Of a DNA stretch of 64,000 nt, positions 45,901 through 54,448 are shown one piece after another. Below the pieces are notes generated by a model. It ran no database searches. It was not told the DNA's origin and saw only the letters and a program-made list of their open reading frames with translations. The position numbers were made by a program, and so were the translations under genes. The stretch lies in NCBI GenBank assembly GCA_041288095.1, contig JBGGMJ010000187.1, forward strand, positions 1 through 64,000. Direction: 5' to 3'. The DNA is from Myxococcota bacterium (lineage in GTDB: Bacteria > Myxococcota > XYA12-FULL-58-9 > JALHOP01). The first letter of the stretch is position 1. Every line of letters starts with the position of its first letter.

Positions 45901-46826
45901 CAGGCGCCGAGCACGCACTCGTCGCCCGGCGGGCAGTGCCCATCGAAGTGATCGCCATCGCAGGGCGTCTGGCAGCTGCCGTACGCCGGGTCGGAAATGT
46001 CCGCAATGCACACGTCGACGCCGCCGCACGTGCCTGTAATCTGTTCCTCCGAGCACGTCGGAACACCGCACTCCCCAGCAACACATGCTTCGCCTGCGGC
46101 ATAGCAGCCGCCTTCGAGGTGCTCGCTCGAGCACGGGAGGCGAACGCAGGTGCCGCTATTGCAGACGTCGTCGGGATGGAAGCAGCGCCCGTCGGGATAG
46201 GCGCCACTGCACGGTTGCGGCTGGCAGCTGCCGGTGACGCAGATCGAGCGATTCGTCACACAATGCCCGGCAGGGTGAGACACGGAGCATGCGAACGCTT
46301 CGCAAGCTCCCGCGTCACAGTATTGGTCGCCCGGGCAGTAGCCCGCTAGGTAAGCCGCCGAGCACGCAGGCATCGGTTTGCATGCACCAACGAGGCAGTA
46401 CTCACCTTCGGGACAGGCTCCGTTCTGGTTGCCCGGCGAGCACGGCGGCTGGACGCGGCAGGTGCCGTCGATACATGTCAGAGCGCCAGCGCATGTACCG
46501 TACGGGTTGCTCTTCGAGCACGGCGTCTCTGCGCAGCCGGCTGCCGTACACTCGGCCCCGGGCGGGCAGAGCTGCGCGGAAGGCCCGCACTCGGCGCGGC
46601 ATGCTCCGCCCGTGCAGATGAAATCCGGTGCACACGCGCCATCGGGATGAGCAGAATCGCAGCGCACCACCTGCAGCGAGTCGAGAGGCTCCTCCATGAC
46701 GAAGAGCCCACCAGAGCAGGACACAGACAAGCTCGCGGCCACGATGATCCCAAAACCGCGCCACCAATTCCTTAGCTGCTCCAAGAGAGCCCCCAGGGGG
46801 AGGCGGATATACGAATAGAGCGGCAT
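42963..46826 (-). CDS. large Cys-rich FG-GAP/VCBS (integrin-like) lipoprotein with CARDB-like C-terminus
   Basis: SVSC lipobox-like; CS...P.G.C repeats; DFDFDG, DLDGDG, GGPPTVADFDGD, SSVFDFEGDG and ENPVIADVDGD; ECLEDNN end; start uncertain. Confidence 0.85.
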   Translation of the reverse strand: MPLYSYIRLPLGALLEQLRNWWRGFGIIVAASLSVSCSGGLFVMEEPLDSLQVVRCDSAHPDGACAPDFICTGGACRAECGPSAQLCPPGAECTAAGCAETPCSKSNPYGTCAGALTCIDGTCRVQPPCSPGNQNGACPEGEYCLVGACKPMPACSAAYLAGYCPGDQYCDAGACEAFACSVSHPAGHCVTNRSICVTGSCQPQPCSGAYPDGRCFHPDDVCNSGTCVRLPCSSEHLEGGCYAAGEACVAGECGVPTCSEEQITGTCGGVDVCIADISDPAYGSCQTPCDGDHFDGHCPPGDECVLGACTFACESSIRCGAAQTCCDVGYFCSGGECAEQCSGGEVACGQSCCTGGEVCAFDTCIRDQGPCIEDGECEDDSYCNCPGGAPCNPAGSCLPYGLDPDHPPFNEDCANEIVVGVFAPGHQCIWTGPTDRVAHCGTCENPAGDAKTCQDGLCVGCGADSDCSTREICEGGTCHTSCAASPAACAATETCRVAPGTRPACYECVDTATDTDCYGGLTCVRGYCVDPYAAHTRVLSTPTVVDFDFDGNPNTLNPSIVFVATDHDGGGSIDCQDSGIIRVIDGRDCRTQFVVNRRRDDLYTPADLAPAARVGSFPDVRACNPVALADLDRTAPTRSEIVAHASTSGSLSPDYGGLVAFRYAPAARAGRGAFELAWHSTNGAGSAWDNACSDAPVLWSGPSVFDLDGDGPPEVLYGPYTYAANGRFLSVAGNGAVSCQPYSLGIFPIVGDVDADGIVEWVDGAHVYAWDGVGRAWSAVNEQTIAGNYGQVAIADFGTYGPVANDRATRDAAAEIAVVSSGSVYIQTTSGRIIDYPDAAATDFVVALGVGTGGPPTVADFDGDCRAEVAVASQNFFGVYDPDCDGETPEVVTCKGVANVSTCPTHGKGFPKGVLFRIASQDNSSNVTGSSVFDFEGDGRAESVYADECFTRVYDGRSGSVLYSQYHSSCTWYENPVIADVDGDFNAEVVVPSNSNCDIDCTSSTVAASASDARRVDAQFAGLRCETDADCAGPPGSCACKYGAGPDGRCLAGADPNDVELGLCTCANDAHCGPASTFHICSDRKPDAAYDFLGSRSTCRAYRPGAFNGVVVYRDILDRWVDTRRIWNQHAYSIAHTGELGVATPAATRNWAVPGLNNFRQNLLTDVNPESSPDATVRPRVTCSYGEAGAELTVLAQLCNRGTADIGPVPVGFYLGDPSAGGELLCRITPATGLESGECSSVRCQVISLALSCPLSVDVYVRADDDPFGIGERECLEDNNVGIVPAH

Positions 46827-46913
46827 GGGAGAGTGAAGCCCTGACACTCTTCGGCGCCGTCACCTATTGAATACGGGTTCTGCCAACCGCGTCGAGGGAT
46901 GATGCCCACCTGC

Positions 46914-47843
46914 ATGCCACGCCTCCTTGGTCTTTTCTCCCTGCTGGTGCTCGCCGCCTGCGGCGACGACGACAGTACGGGCGGCAGCTGGACGCCCGTG
47001 ACCTCGTCGCCGATGCAGATGGTGCTGGACGTCTGGGCGTTCTCCGCGAACGACGTTTGGTTCGTCGACGGCACCACGACGGTGCGACGCTTCGATGGCT
47101 CGACCTGGACCGACTTGCCGACGCCGGCGACCAGTGGCCTGGGCTGCATCTTCGCGCTTTCGCCAACCGACGTTTGGCTGTGCGCCGATACGACCGTATT
47201 GCATTACGACGGCGCGACCTTCGAGACGCTACCGTCGACGGACGCCATCGGCCTCGACGGCCTCACGAGTATCTGGGCCACTTCGGCATCCAGCGTCTGG
47301 GCGGTTGGCGACGACGCCATCGTCGCCCGCTATAACGGTGCGTCGTGGAGTGCCGCATACGTGTCGAGCAACTTCAACAGCTCGATCTGGGGCACCTCGC
47401 CCACCAACATCTACGTCCTCGGGACCTTCGATCTCCTCCACTACAACGGCAGCAACTGGAGCTCCGTCGAGACCCCCGACCGTACCTCCGGTGACGGCCA
47501 GGTGTGGGGCACGAGCGCGTCCGATGTCTGGGTCATCACGGACTCGAGCGACCTCGCGCATTTCGACGGTGACCAATGGGAGAGCGTCCGCGACTTGGAG
47601 CTCATCGGCGACCTGAGCGCGATATGGGGCGCGTCCGCCGACAATCTCTGGGCGGCCGGCTCCGCGGGACAAATCGCCCACTTCGACGGCAGCACTTGGA
47701 CTGACGTCCAGCACCAACAGATCGGCGCGCCGTACCTGCAACGGTTTCTCGCGGTGCACGGCTCCGGAGCGAGCGACGTGTGGGCCGTCGGTCAGCAGCT
47801 CGGTGAAGGCGGCTCGACCGCCCTCGTCTACCGCCTTCGTTAG
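46914..47843 (+). CDS. beta-propeller repeat lipoprotein (WGxxxxDVWAVG type)
   Basis: lipobox LAAC; about 7 repeats of IWG.S..DVWA.G.....HFDG..W. Confidence 0.85.
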   Translation: MPRLLGLFSLLVLAACGDDDSTGGSWTPVTSSPMQMVLDVWAFSANDVWFVDGTTTVRRFDGSTWTDLPTPATSGLGCIFALSPTDVWLCADTTVLHYDGATFETLPSTDAIGLDGLTSIWATSASSVWAVGDDAIVARYNGASWSAAYVSSNFNSSIWGTSPTNIYVLGTFDLLHYNGSNWSSVETPDRTSGDGQVWGTSASDVWVITDSSDLAHFDGDQWESVRDLELIGDLSAIWGASADNLWAAGSAGQIAHFDGSTWTDVQHQQIGAPYLQRFLAVHGSGASDVWAVGQQLGEGGSTALVYRLR

Positions 47844-47856
47844 CGTCGAGCCTGGC

Positions 47857-50800
47857 TCAAGGGTCACAGACAACGCCGCCGGTGTAGGCGGAGACCCCGT
47901 GCAGGTAGGCAGCGCCGGTGTCGACTCCGGACGCGTCATTGAGCAGCGCGCCCGTCATGAGCCAGGCGCCGCACAAGCTCACACGCTGCCCGAAGATGTC
48001 GAGTCGTCGATCCGCCTGGTCGCGCTGCAGGAGGATCTCTTGCCGCGCATTGGCCCAGCTGGAGGTGCGCGTGATCATGAACACAGCTCCGCCACCGCCG
48101 AAGGCCACCGGCGCTCCCGCGGCGATGACGTTGCCTTGGATCGCCACCGAGTGACCGAAGGCGTAAGCGGCACGAGGCGTCGTCGGCTTGATGATCGTCT
48201 CGACGGCGCTCGCCCAAGTAGCGCCCTTCTCGTAGACATAGACGGCGCCGCTGCTCGGGTAGCGCTTGCCCGAAATCGGCTCCACATCGCCCGTCTGCCA
48301 GGCGCCGGTGACGATGGTGTCTTGCCCCTGGTTGATGGCGACGGTGCTCCCGAATGGCCCGTTGATCTGCGTGAGCGATGGGGTGATCGTGGTTTGCTGC
48401 GTCGAAGACCAGTTGCCGGCCTGCGCCTCGATGACCGTAAGCTCGCCGACCTGATTGACCCCGGTGATCCCCGCGACCACGGTGTTCCCGACAACGGCGA
48501 CGCTGTTGTAGATGTAGCCGTTCGCCGCGCCCGCGCTGGTGAAGCGATGCTCGGTGGCATTGGCCCAGCCCGAGCCTCCGTTGACCCAGACCATGATGTT
48601 TCGCCCCCCGCCGACCGTGGCGATGACGTTGCCATGGATGGCGACCCCTGTGCCTTGGGCTTCGCCAGCGACCGGTGCGCTCGGCACGAGACGCGTCTCG
48701 ACAGCGCTCGGCCAACCCGTGCCGGTGTTCTCGAAGACGTAGACCAAGCCGGCGCCGGCGGCCAATGCGTCGTTGCCGCTATCGCCGACAACGACGTCGT
48801 CGCCGTAGACGGCCACCGCGCCTTTCTGACCGAAGGTGCCGGATCGGTCCGAGCCCAGGACGCGCCCAGCTTCAGTCCATGCTTCACCGGATCGCGTCGC
48901 CACGATGACATCGTTGCCGAAAAAGTTGCCGAAAGCGGCCACGTGCTCGCCGACGTCCACCGAGTCACCGTAGTAAGACGTGCCCGAACTGGGGGCGAGA
49001 AGCGTCTCGGTCCCGGCCGCGGGATCCAACGTCTGAACGAACCACTCAGTGACTGAGTCGCCGAGCCGCACCTCCGCTGTCTTTGCAGCGTGGCCGCTCG
49101 CTGACGATGTCATGCGCGCCTCGACAGTGTCGCCCGAGCGGACACTCACCGACGCTCCCCACGGTCCGGCATCGGTGACGTTCCTGAGCTCCGCTGTCCC
49201 CAAGATCGACGCTGTGGAGGTGCCCGTGATGCCAGTCACCACCGCGGAGCGGACATACAGAGTGTTGGCCGCCGCGCCTTCGACGTCGGCGAAGCCGAAG
49301 GGCGCGCGTCCAGGCGTGACCAGACACATCAGGTGCCGAGGCACGCCGCAGGCCCCACTCGCGCTCGACCAACGCTGGCTGCCTCCCGCGCCGAGATCGC
49401 CGAAGTTGCCAGCGACACCGGAGGTACTAGTCCACCCAGCGCAGGTGTCGGCGTGCGAGCTCGCTGGCCAAAGTGTCGCGGTGCCCGCTTGGCGGCCCGT
49501 CCACCACCCCACCACGGACGGGAAAAACGGATAGCTGAAGTAGCTGGAAAAAGGCGGCGCCCAATCCGAGTCGTTGCCCGGACCAGCGCCGCTGCCGTCG
49601 CTGATGAAGAAGCCACCACCCACGGTGAAGCTGCCGCTATTGGCGAAGAAGTACTTGGTGCCGGGCGCCGGCCCTTGGCAGGTGGAGCCGTCGCACAACA
49701 TGGCGCGCACGCTCGATGCGTCGAGAACCACGCGCCCCACCCCCAACCACGGGAGGCGCTGAAGCTCATCGAGGCAGCGCGCATTGGCACCCGCGAGCCC
49801 GCCGAGATTGCCGTCGTACAGGTCGCGGCTGAGCACCATGTAGCCGTTGTTGACCTCGGGTGACGGCGCGCGTGTGCCGATATTCCACGCGAACAACTGC
49901 GACCCGAGGCTCACCTCCACCGGCATCGTCGTGCCGAGATAGGGCGATGAGGTCGTGCGCACCTCCAGCGTGTCACCGGGCCTTATCACCGCGGCGTTCG
50001 ACCACGGCGACGCTGTCGTCGCGTTGCGTAGCTCGGCCGTCCATTGCGTCGTGTCGAACACATCGACGGTCGCGACGACGGCCGGGATCGACGTGTCGAT
50101 GCCTCGCACCACGACGGTCTGGGTGAGAACCTCACCGGGGCCGACATTGCTCGAGCTCGCGAAGGCGAAGTTCTCCGGAGCGCGGTCTTGCGGTGCCGTG
50201 GGTTCGACGATGCACAACAGTCTGAGGTTCGCGGAGCTGCAGGCGCCGCCACCGCTGTCCCACTGACGCTCGGCGCAACAGCCCGCGGGGTTCGTCGTCG
50301 CAAACTCGCCATTTTGCCCGGCGGCGTTGCTCGTCCATCCGGCGCACGACACGCCCTTGGGCTCGGTCGGGAACACCTGGTCTTCCCAAGCAAAGCCGTC
50401 AACCAGCTGTGAGAATTGATCACGTCCGGCCCAGTAGTTGGCTGCGACACCGAAGTAGGCGCCACCTTGCCAGGGGTTGGCGGTGGCGTGCTGGAACGGC
50501 CCGCGGCCGAGGTGATCGACGAGCAGAGTGTTGCCGCCCGCAGTCGCCGAGCCGGCGCGCGCGAACTTGTAGAGCACCCCCGGGGTGTGGTTCTGGCAGG
50601 TCGTGTCGTCGCATAGCCAAGCGCGCACGTTTGCGGACGTGAGCGACGCCGACGCCTTCCCGAGCCAGTTACTGCCTTGCAGATCGGAGAGGCAACGCGC
50701 GTTGGCGCCGGCCAGGCCACCGAGGTTTCCATCGTACGCCGCGCTCGTCATCACGAAGTAGCCGTAGACGAAACAGGCCGCGGGGTCGTTGACGCAGGTG

Positions 50801-51222
50801 TCGTTGCCCTCATCGCAGCTGTCGACGCTGCAGCTCACGCCGTCGTCGCACGTAAACGTCGTTGCAGCCTGGCAGCCCGCGAGCGCATCGCAGCGCTCGG
50901 CACCGTCACAAAACGTCCCATTGTCGCAGAAGGTGTCGTCGGGCCGGTGACAGCCAAAGGCAGGGTCGCAACTCTCCGAGGTGCATGCGACACCATCGTC
51001 ATCGCAGGTCTCTAGCTCGGTAGCGACGCAAGCACCGCCCGTGCAGATCGAGGCGCGCGTGCAGGCGTCGGCATCGTCGCACGCGGCCCCTTCGCTCACA
51101 CCGAGGCACGGCAGCGAGGCGATGACGTCATCCACGGGCGCCTCGAGCTCGTACCCGACGCGCCCGCAAGCAACGGCGCTCGCGAGCAGGTACAGCAAGG
51201 GTGATGGAGCGCGACGCGACAC
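47857..51222 (-). CDS. surface lipoprotein: Dictyostelium-type Cys repeats, two DUF1554/endostatin-like domains, FG-GAP repeats
   Basis: AVACGRVGY; CDDG..CT.DSC repeats; 2x YDGNLGGLAGANARC; FG.SVAI.G..I..GA...GAVYV repeats. Confidence 0.8.
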   Translation of the reverse strand: MSRRAPSPLLYLLASAVACGRVGYELEAPVDDVIASLPCLGVSEGAACDDADACTRASICTGGACVATELETCDDDGVACTSESCDPAFGCHRPDDTFCDNGTFCDGAERCDALAGCQAATTFTCDDGVSCSVDSCDEGNDTCVNDPAACFVYGYFVMTSAAYDGNLGGLAGANARCLSDLQGSNWLGKASASLTSANVRAWLCDDTTCQNHTPGVLYKFARAGSATAGGNTLLVDHLGRGPFQHATANPWQGGAYFGVAANYWAGRDQFSQLVDGFAWEDQVFPTEPKGVSCAGWTSNAAGQNGEFATTNPAGCCAERQWDSGGGACSSANLRLLCIVEPTAPQDRAPENFAFASSSNVGPGEVLTQTVVVRGIDTSIPAVVATVDVFDTTQWTAELRNATTASPWSNAAVIRPGDTLEVRTTSSPYLGTTMPVEVSLGSQLFAWNIGTRAPSPEVNNGYMVLSRDLYDGNLGGLAGANARCLDELQRLPWLGVGRVVLDASSVRAMLCDGSTCQGPAPGTKYFFANSGSFTVGGGFFISDGSGAGPGNDSDWAPPFSSYFSYPFFPSVVGWWTGRQAGTATLWPASSHADTCAGWTSTSGVAGNFGDLGAGGSQRWSSASGACGVPRHLMCLVTPGRAPFGFADVEGAAANTLYVRSAVVTGITGTSTASILGTAELRNVTDAGPWGASVSVRSGDTVEARMTSSASGHAAKTAEVRLGDSVTEWFVQTLDPAAGTETLLAPSSGTSYYGDSVDVGEHVAAFGNFFGNDVIVATRSGEAWTEAGRVLGSDRSGTFGQKGAVAVYGDDVVVGDSGNDALAAGAGLVYVFENTGTGWPSAVETRLVPSAPVAGEAQGTGVAIHGNVIATVGGGRNIMVWVNGGSGWANATEHRFTSAGAANGYIYNSVAVVGNTVVAGITGVNQVGELTVIEAQAGNWSSTQQTTITPSLTQINGPFGSTVAINQGQDTIVTGAWQTGDVEPISGKRYPSSGAVYVYEKGATWASAVETIIKPTTPRAAYAFGHSVAIQGNVIAAGAPVAFGGGGAVFMITRTSSWANARQEILLQRDQADRRLDIFGQRVSLCGAWLMTGALLNDASGVDTGAAYLHGVSAYTGGVVCDP

Positions 51223-51254
51223 TCTACGACTGTACCCTTCAGCGCATCGCGGCT

Positions 51255-51295
51255 CGAGAAGGTTCCTGGTCGATCACGCCCTGGTCGATCACGCC
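51255..51295 (+). repeat. dispersed repeat copy 3 with a 15 nt tandem duplication
   Basis: 23-mer at 51255-51277; CTGGTCGATCACGCC repeated at 51266-51280 and 51281-51295. Confidence 0.85.
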
Positions 51296-51330
51296 CACGT
51301 TCCGCCGTCAAAACAAGTAGAAGTAGGCCA

Positions 51331-53190
51331 ATGCTGCTCCTCCTCGCGCTCCTCGCGACTCCCTTGACCGACGACCCCTTCGACGCCTTGCGACGCCGAG
51401 AAGTGGCGCGCATCGCCGCGGGCACGCCGGTGGACGATGAAAGTCTCGCGGAGGCGTTTCGCACCGCTGGCACGAACAACGACGCACTCATGCACTTGGC
51501 CGCTCGCATCGTGGCGATCGGTGACCGCGAGCCCGAGCGCGCCATGCGTTGGGTGACCAAGCTCCCGAACAAGGGGAACGACATCCCGCGCAGGCGCGCC
51601 ACCGAGCATCTGTTCCGACGCTGGGTGCGACGTGACGCGCAGCCCGCGGCCGGTGCCGCGCTGCAGTTTTGGCGTGACGGCCAAGGACACCCAGTGAGCG
51701 ATCTCTTGCACGAGTGGGCAAGCGTTGCGCCGCGCGACAGTATCGCCTGGGTGCGGGCCTTGGACGACCGGGAGCGCACGCAGCTTGCCGCTTACGAGCA
51801 GCTCCTCGGCGTGTTGCCGTCAGTCGACCACCGGCTTGCCCTCGAGCTCGCCGAGGTCGTGCCGGAGCGCTACGGTTCCGCGCTCATCGGCGCCTACAGT
51901 CAGATCCTGCCGGCCCTCGTGGCGACTGACGTCGAGGCGGCGCTCGCCGCCTACGCGCGCTACGAGGCGCGTGCGCCTGCCAACGCCGCGCGGTGCGTAG
52001 CCGCAATGGTGCGTGCGTGGAGCGCGCGCGAGCCCCAGAAGGCCGTCGCCTTCGCCGAGAGCAAGCTCACCCCCGACGATCCGGGCCGCTACCTGGCGCT
52101 GCATGGGATCGCCACCACGTGGGCCACGAAAGATCCGCGAGCCGCGGCTAACCTGTCGCTGCGCGCCGTCCTCGAGCAGCGACAGAACCGAGCCTTCGAT
52201 CACGACGACAACCATCACCGCCCCAGGCAGGACCCGCTCGCCGACATCGTCACAGGCTGGGCGAAAGCCAAACGCTCCGCCGCGGTGGCTTGGGTCGAGA
52301 AAATAGAGGAGGCCGATCTGCGCGAGCATCTGCAGCAGGTCCTCGGCGTCCAGCGCCCGAAAACAGCTCCGCCGCCAAAACCGCAACCCAGTCGCGACAT
52401 CGGCAAGGCGAACACGCCGTCCGCGATCAAGTACGGTCTCATCGACTACTACCCCGACTTCTTCTACTGCGACCCCGATATGTGGCCCGTGCACGACTCT
52501 GCTGGTGAGCAGAGTCGCGCGCTCGCGGCGCTTCCAAGCATCGCCGCCGACGCCGCGCACTACGCCGCGGTCCTCGAGCGGCTGGGCGCAACGCAGCAGC
52601 CGAATCCCGGGCCCGAGCAAAAACTGAAGGTCTACCGCGAGCACAAGAAGCTCGAAGCGGTGAAGCTCGAGTCGACGCCCACCGGTTACCGCTACGAGCT
52701 CAACCTCAGCAATGCCGTGGTGCAGGGCAACGTCGAGCAAGCGACGATCACCGAGACCAACCGCAGGCGGCAGTTCAACAGCTGCCCCCGATGCCTCGCC
52801 GCCACGACGCGCATCGCCACACCGACCGGCGCCGTGCCCGTGACGCAGCTACGCGCCGGGAGCCTGGTGTGGACACGCAATGCGGCCGGGGCGCGGGTCG
52901 CCGCGCCGGTCTTGCGACTAGCCAGTACACCGGCGCCGCGCGACCACGTCATGATCCTGCTCGTGCTCAGCGACGGCCGCACCGTCGCTGCTTCGCCCAA
53001 CCATCCGCTAGCCGACGGTCGGAGCATGGGTAACCTGCGGGCCGGGCACGAGGTTGACGGCGCGGTGATCACATCGGTTACGTTCGTAGCGTACGACAGC
53101 AGCGCGACGTACGACGTGCTGCCGGCGGGCGACACCGGCGTGTACTGGGCCGACGGCGTCCCGCTCGCGACTACGCTCGTCGAGCGTTAG
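51331..53190 (+). CDS. exported helical-repeat protein with C-terminal Hint domain
   Basis: hydrophobic N-terminus; W...DP.AA..W helical repeats; CLAATTRIATPTG.VPV..L.AG..VW, SPNHPL and TYD.....YWADGV. Confidence 0.8.
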   Translation: MLLLLALLATPLTDDPFDALRRREVARIAAGTPVDDESLAEAFRTAGTNNDALMHLAARIVAIGDREPERAMRWVTKLPNKGNDIPRRRATEHLFRRWVRRDAQPAAGAALQFWRDGQGHPVSDLLHEWASVAPRDSIAWVRALDDRERTQLAAYEQLLGVLPSVDHRLALELAEVVPERYGSALIGAYSQILPALVATDVEAALAAYARYEARAPANAARCVAAMVRAWSAREPQKAVAFAESKLTPDDPGRYLALHGIATTWATKDPRAAANLSLRAVLEQRQNRAFDHDDNHHRPRQDPLADIVTGWAKAKRSAAVAWVEKIEEADLREHLQQVLGVQRPKTAPPPKPQPSRDIGKANTPSAIKYGLIDYYPDFFYCDPDMWPVHDSAGEQSRALAALPSIAADAAHYAAVLERLGATQQPNPGPEQKLKVYREHKKLEAVKLESTPTGYRYELNLSNAVVQGNVEQATITETNRRRQFNSCPRCLAATTRIATPTGAVPVTQLRAGSLVWTRNAAGARVAAPVLRLASTPAPRDHVMILLVLSDGRTVAASPNHPLADGRSMGNLRAGHEVDGAVITSVTFVAYDSSATYDVLPAGDTGVYWADGVPLATTLVER

Positions 53191-53195
53191 TTGGT

Positions 53196-53777
53196 CTACT
53201 GCGCAACCAGCTGCGCCACATCATCGAAGTGGTGCGCCTCGAGCGCGCCGCGGCGCACGCACCGTACTTTCCCGTTCGGATCAACGAAGATGTGGATGGG
53301 AATAGACGCCGCGCTATCGAGCCCCAGCATCGTGAGCCACGGAGTGAGCGCGTCCATGGCACGAACGCGTGGCCCACGGCCGACCCCGTTGGTCTCGCGG
53401 AACGCCGCCACAGCCGCGGCGTCGTCGTCGACCGAGAGATAAACGAGATCGACCGCCTTCCCCTGTTGCCCGAGGCGCTGCCGCCATCGCTCGAGTAGAG
53501 GCATCTCCGCGACACACGGTGCGCACCAAGTCGCCCACACGTTGATCCAACGCCACGCGCGACTCGGCGTCGGCGCGGGCTCGGCGAGCTCCGGGTAGCT
53601 GAAGCTGGGTGCCTCGGCACCTTCGCTGTGCACGTCGCAGAAGTCCGCGGTAACGGATTTCTTGGTGGTGGCGGCGGCCACGGCGTCCACACGGCGCGAC
53701 GGGGCTTGCGGAGCAGTCCCAGGCGCGTCGCAGGCGGCAAGCGCCACGGCAAGGATCAAAGGCGGCAGTCGATCCAC
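53196..53777 (-). CDS. TlpA-like thioredoxin lipoprotein
   Basis: probable GTG start MDRLPPLILAVALAAC; WATWCAPCVAEMP; IP.HIFVD. Confidence 0.88.
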   Translation of the reverse strand: MDRLPPLILAVALAACDAPGTAPQAPSRRVDAVAAATTKKSVTADFCDVHSEGAEAPSFSYPELAEPAPTPSRAWRWINVWATWCAPCVAEMPLLERWRQRLGQQGKAVDLVYLSVDDDAAAVAAFRETNGVGRGPRVRAMDALTPWLTMLGLDSAASIPIHIFVDPNGKVRCVRRGALEAHHFDDVAQLVAQ

Positions 53778-54448
53778 GCGATGAAAGCCCCCCGGTTGAT
53801 GTCGGCGGCGCCGCAGCTCTCGGAGCTGCCGCTGCGCTTCCAGCCGCAGAACTTCTCCTCGAGTTGCGCGAACTCCTCGCCTAGCCATAACAGGCCAACC
53901 TCTTTCTCCAGGTCGGGGTCATCGACCTTGCTGGTCAGGTGGCTCAGCACGGCGTTGGCGCGCGCCTTGGAAAGCTCACGGTTGTAGGTCACGGCGCCCT
54001 CCGGCGACGAGCGCGCGACCACGAAGAAGTAGCTGGCACCCCGTTGGTCCGCGAAGGCCTGGTCGAGCAGTTGCTCGTCGTCGGCATCGAGCTCGGACTT
54101 GCCCGCGTCGAACTGAATGATGCCGCCACGCTCACGCATCGGCTCGAACAAGGCATTGAAGTCGGCGCCGCTCACGGTGGCCAAGGTCTTGGCCTCCAGA
54201 GGCTGGCAACCGCGCGTGCCTTCGCGCCCGAGGAGGCCGCAGCTCTGAAGGACGCGCCGCAAGATCTTCTTGAGCTCGGGGTTGCAGTAGTTGGCGTCGC
54301 TCGCCGCCGCCACAGCCACCCCGTTCTTGGGCTCTGATGCAGGCGCTTGGGCCAGACGCGCTTTGGCGGAGCTCACCCAAATGAGGACCAGCGCTATGGG
54401 GACGACCAAACACGCGACGAGTGGAGCGAGCCGGACAGAGCGTGTCAT
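53756..54448 (-). CDS. OmpA-like domain protein with Cys pairs
   Basis: IQFDAGKSEL, YNRELSKARANAV and INR motifs; N-terminal TM or signal. Confidence 0.7.
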   Translation of the reverse strand: MTRSVRLAPLVACLVVPIALVLIWVSSAKARLAQAPASEPKNGVAVAAASDANYCNPELKKILRRVLQSCGLLGREGTRGCQPLEAKTLATVSGADFNALFEPMRERGGIIQFDAGKSELDADDEQLLDQAFADQRGASYFFVVARSSPEGAVTYNRELSKARANAVLSHLTSKVDDPDLEKEVGLLWLGEEFAQLEEKFCGWKRSGSSESCGAADINRGAFIAWIDCRL

